Shown here: piece after piece, positions 63,531 through 64,000 of the stretch
How the letters are laid out: each line of letters opens with the position of its first letter
Numbering within the stretch: position 1 is the first letter of the stretch
NCBI GenBank assembly: GCA_963750165.1
Contig: CAVVPN010000003.1
Coordinates: 960,001 to 1,024,000, forward strand
DNA length: 64,000 nucleotides
Source: an uncultured Gemmataceae bacterium
GTDB lineage: Bacteria; Planctomycetota; Planctomycetia; Gemmatales; Gemmataceae
Reading direction: 5' to 3'
Translations under genes and position numbers: made by a program
Notes under the pieces: generated by a model
What the model was told of the DNA's origin: nothing
The model's database searches: none
Seen by the model: only the letters and a program-made list of their open reading frames with translations

Positions 63531-63593
63531 GGTCCGAGCCCGAGCGCCAGCGAGGGGCCTGCTTTGTCCCTCGCTGGCGCTCGGGCTCGGACC
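63531..63593. repeat. REP-like palindrome
   Basis: ggtccgagcccgagcgccagcgaggg...ccctcgctggcgctcgggctcggacc. Confidence 0.88.
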
Positions 63594-63612
63594 CAAGGCG
63601 CTGCTGTATGAG

Positions 63613-64000
63613 TCAGCGCTTGAAGCGCTGATCGAGCCAGTTGTACGCTTCGGTTCGAGCCGCAGTCGTAAAATTGCGTTCGCTGTCCGGGTGCCGGACC
63701 TGCAACGCGCCGCCGGCCTTCCGCAGTCCGTAGACGAGTGCCGCGCTCTGGACGGCGCTCTTGACCCCTTCGACCTCCATCACGGAGTCGCGCAGCGGAG
63801 CACTCACGAACACCGGACGCGGCGCCAGCGTCCCAAGCAACTCCGCGAAGTCGAAGGGGAGCTTCGCGGGGTCGTTGGCGTACACGGCGCGAATACGCGG
63901 CACCTGGCGCGGGTCCGCCCAGTCAGCGAGTTTCCCACCTTTGTAGCGCGGAAAAGTCGTGAACCCGCAGCTCGATACCACGGCTGCGAGGCGACCGTCA
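63613..64000 (-). CDS. Alpha/beta hydrolase C-terminal part (start outside the window)
   Basis: VVSSCGFT, PFDFAELLG.LAPRPVFVSAPLRD. Confidence 0.75.
   Translation of the reverse strand, partial: DGRLAAVVSSCGFTTFPRYKGGKLADWADPRQVPRIRAVYANDPAKLPFDFAELLGTLAPRPVFVSAPLRDSVMEVEGVKSAVQSAALVYGLRKAGGALQVRHPDSERNFTTAARTEAYNWLDQRFKR

Overview
GC-rich bacterial window with a planctomycete (Gemmataceae-like) gene complement: DUF1559 prepilin-like genes, DUF1501, DUF1573, HEAT/WD40 proteins and a PVC-type heme protein. Housekeeping genes: metG, htpG, aspS, serA with a class V aminotransferase, and an RluA-family synthase. Main points of interest: (1) 0.7-9.1 kb, two membrane-anchored caspase-fold proteins that lack the catalytic Cys (one fused to a vWA domain) plus a secreted beta-rich partner; (2) 9.4-18.3 kb, a stress/ion-homeostasis block (type IIIA H+-ATPase, CPBP protease, USP with an HAD remnant, SPFH, Zn-ADH); (3) a divergent FHA-GAF-sigma54 activator / membrane Ser-Thr kinase pair; (4) dense non-coding repeats, including four copies of a modular MITE-like element (GAGCGGTT terminal inverted repeats; one copy sits in a REP hairpin with a TA duplication), a second two-copy repeat, and several REP/hairpin families. 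Five or six small frameshifts in otherwise intact genes look like assembly indel errors. No rRNA, tRNA, CRISPR array or transposase was recognised. Family assignments come from motif recognition by eye, not database searches.
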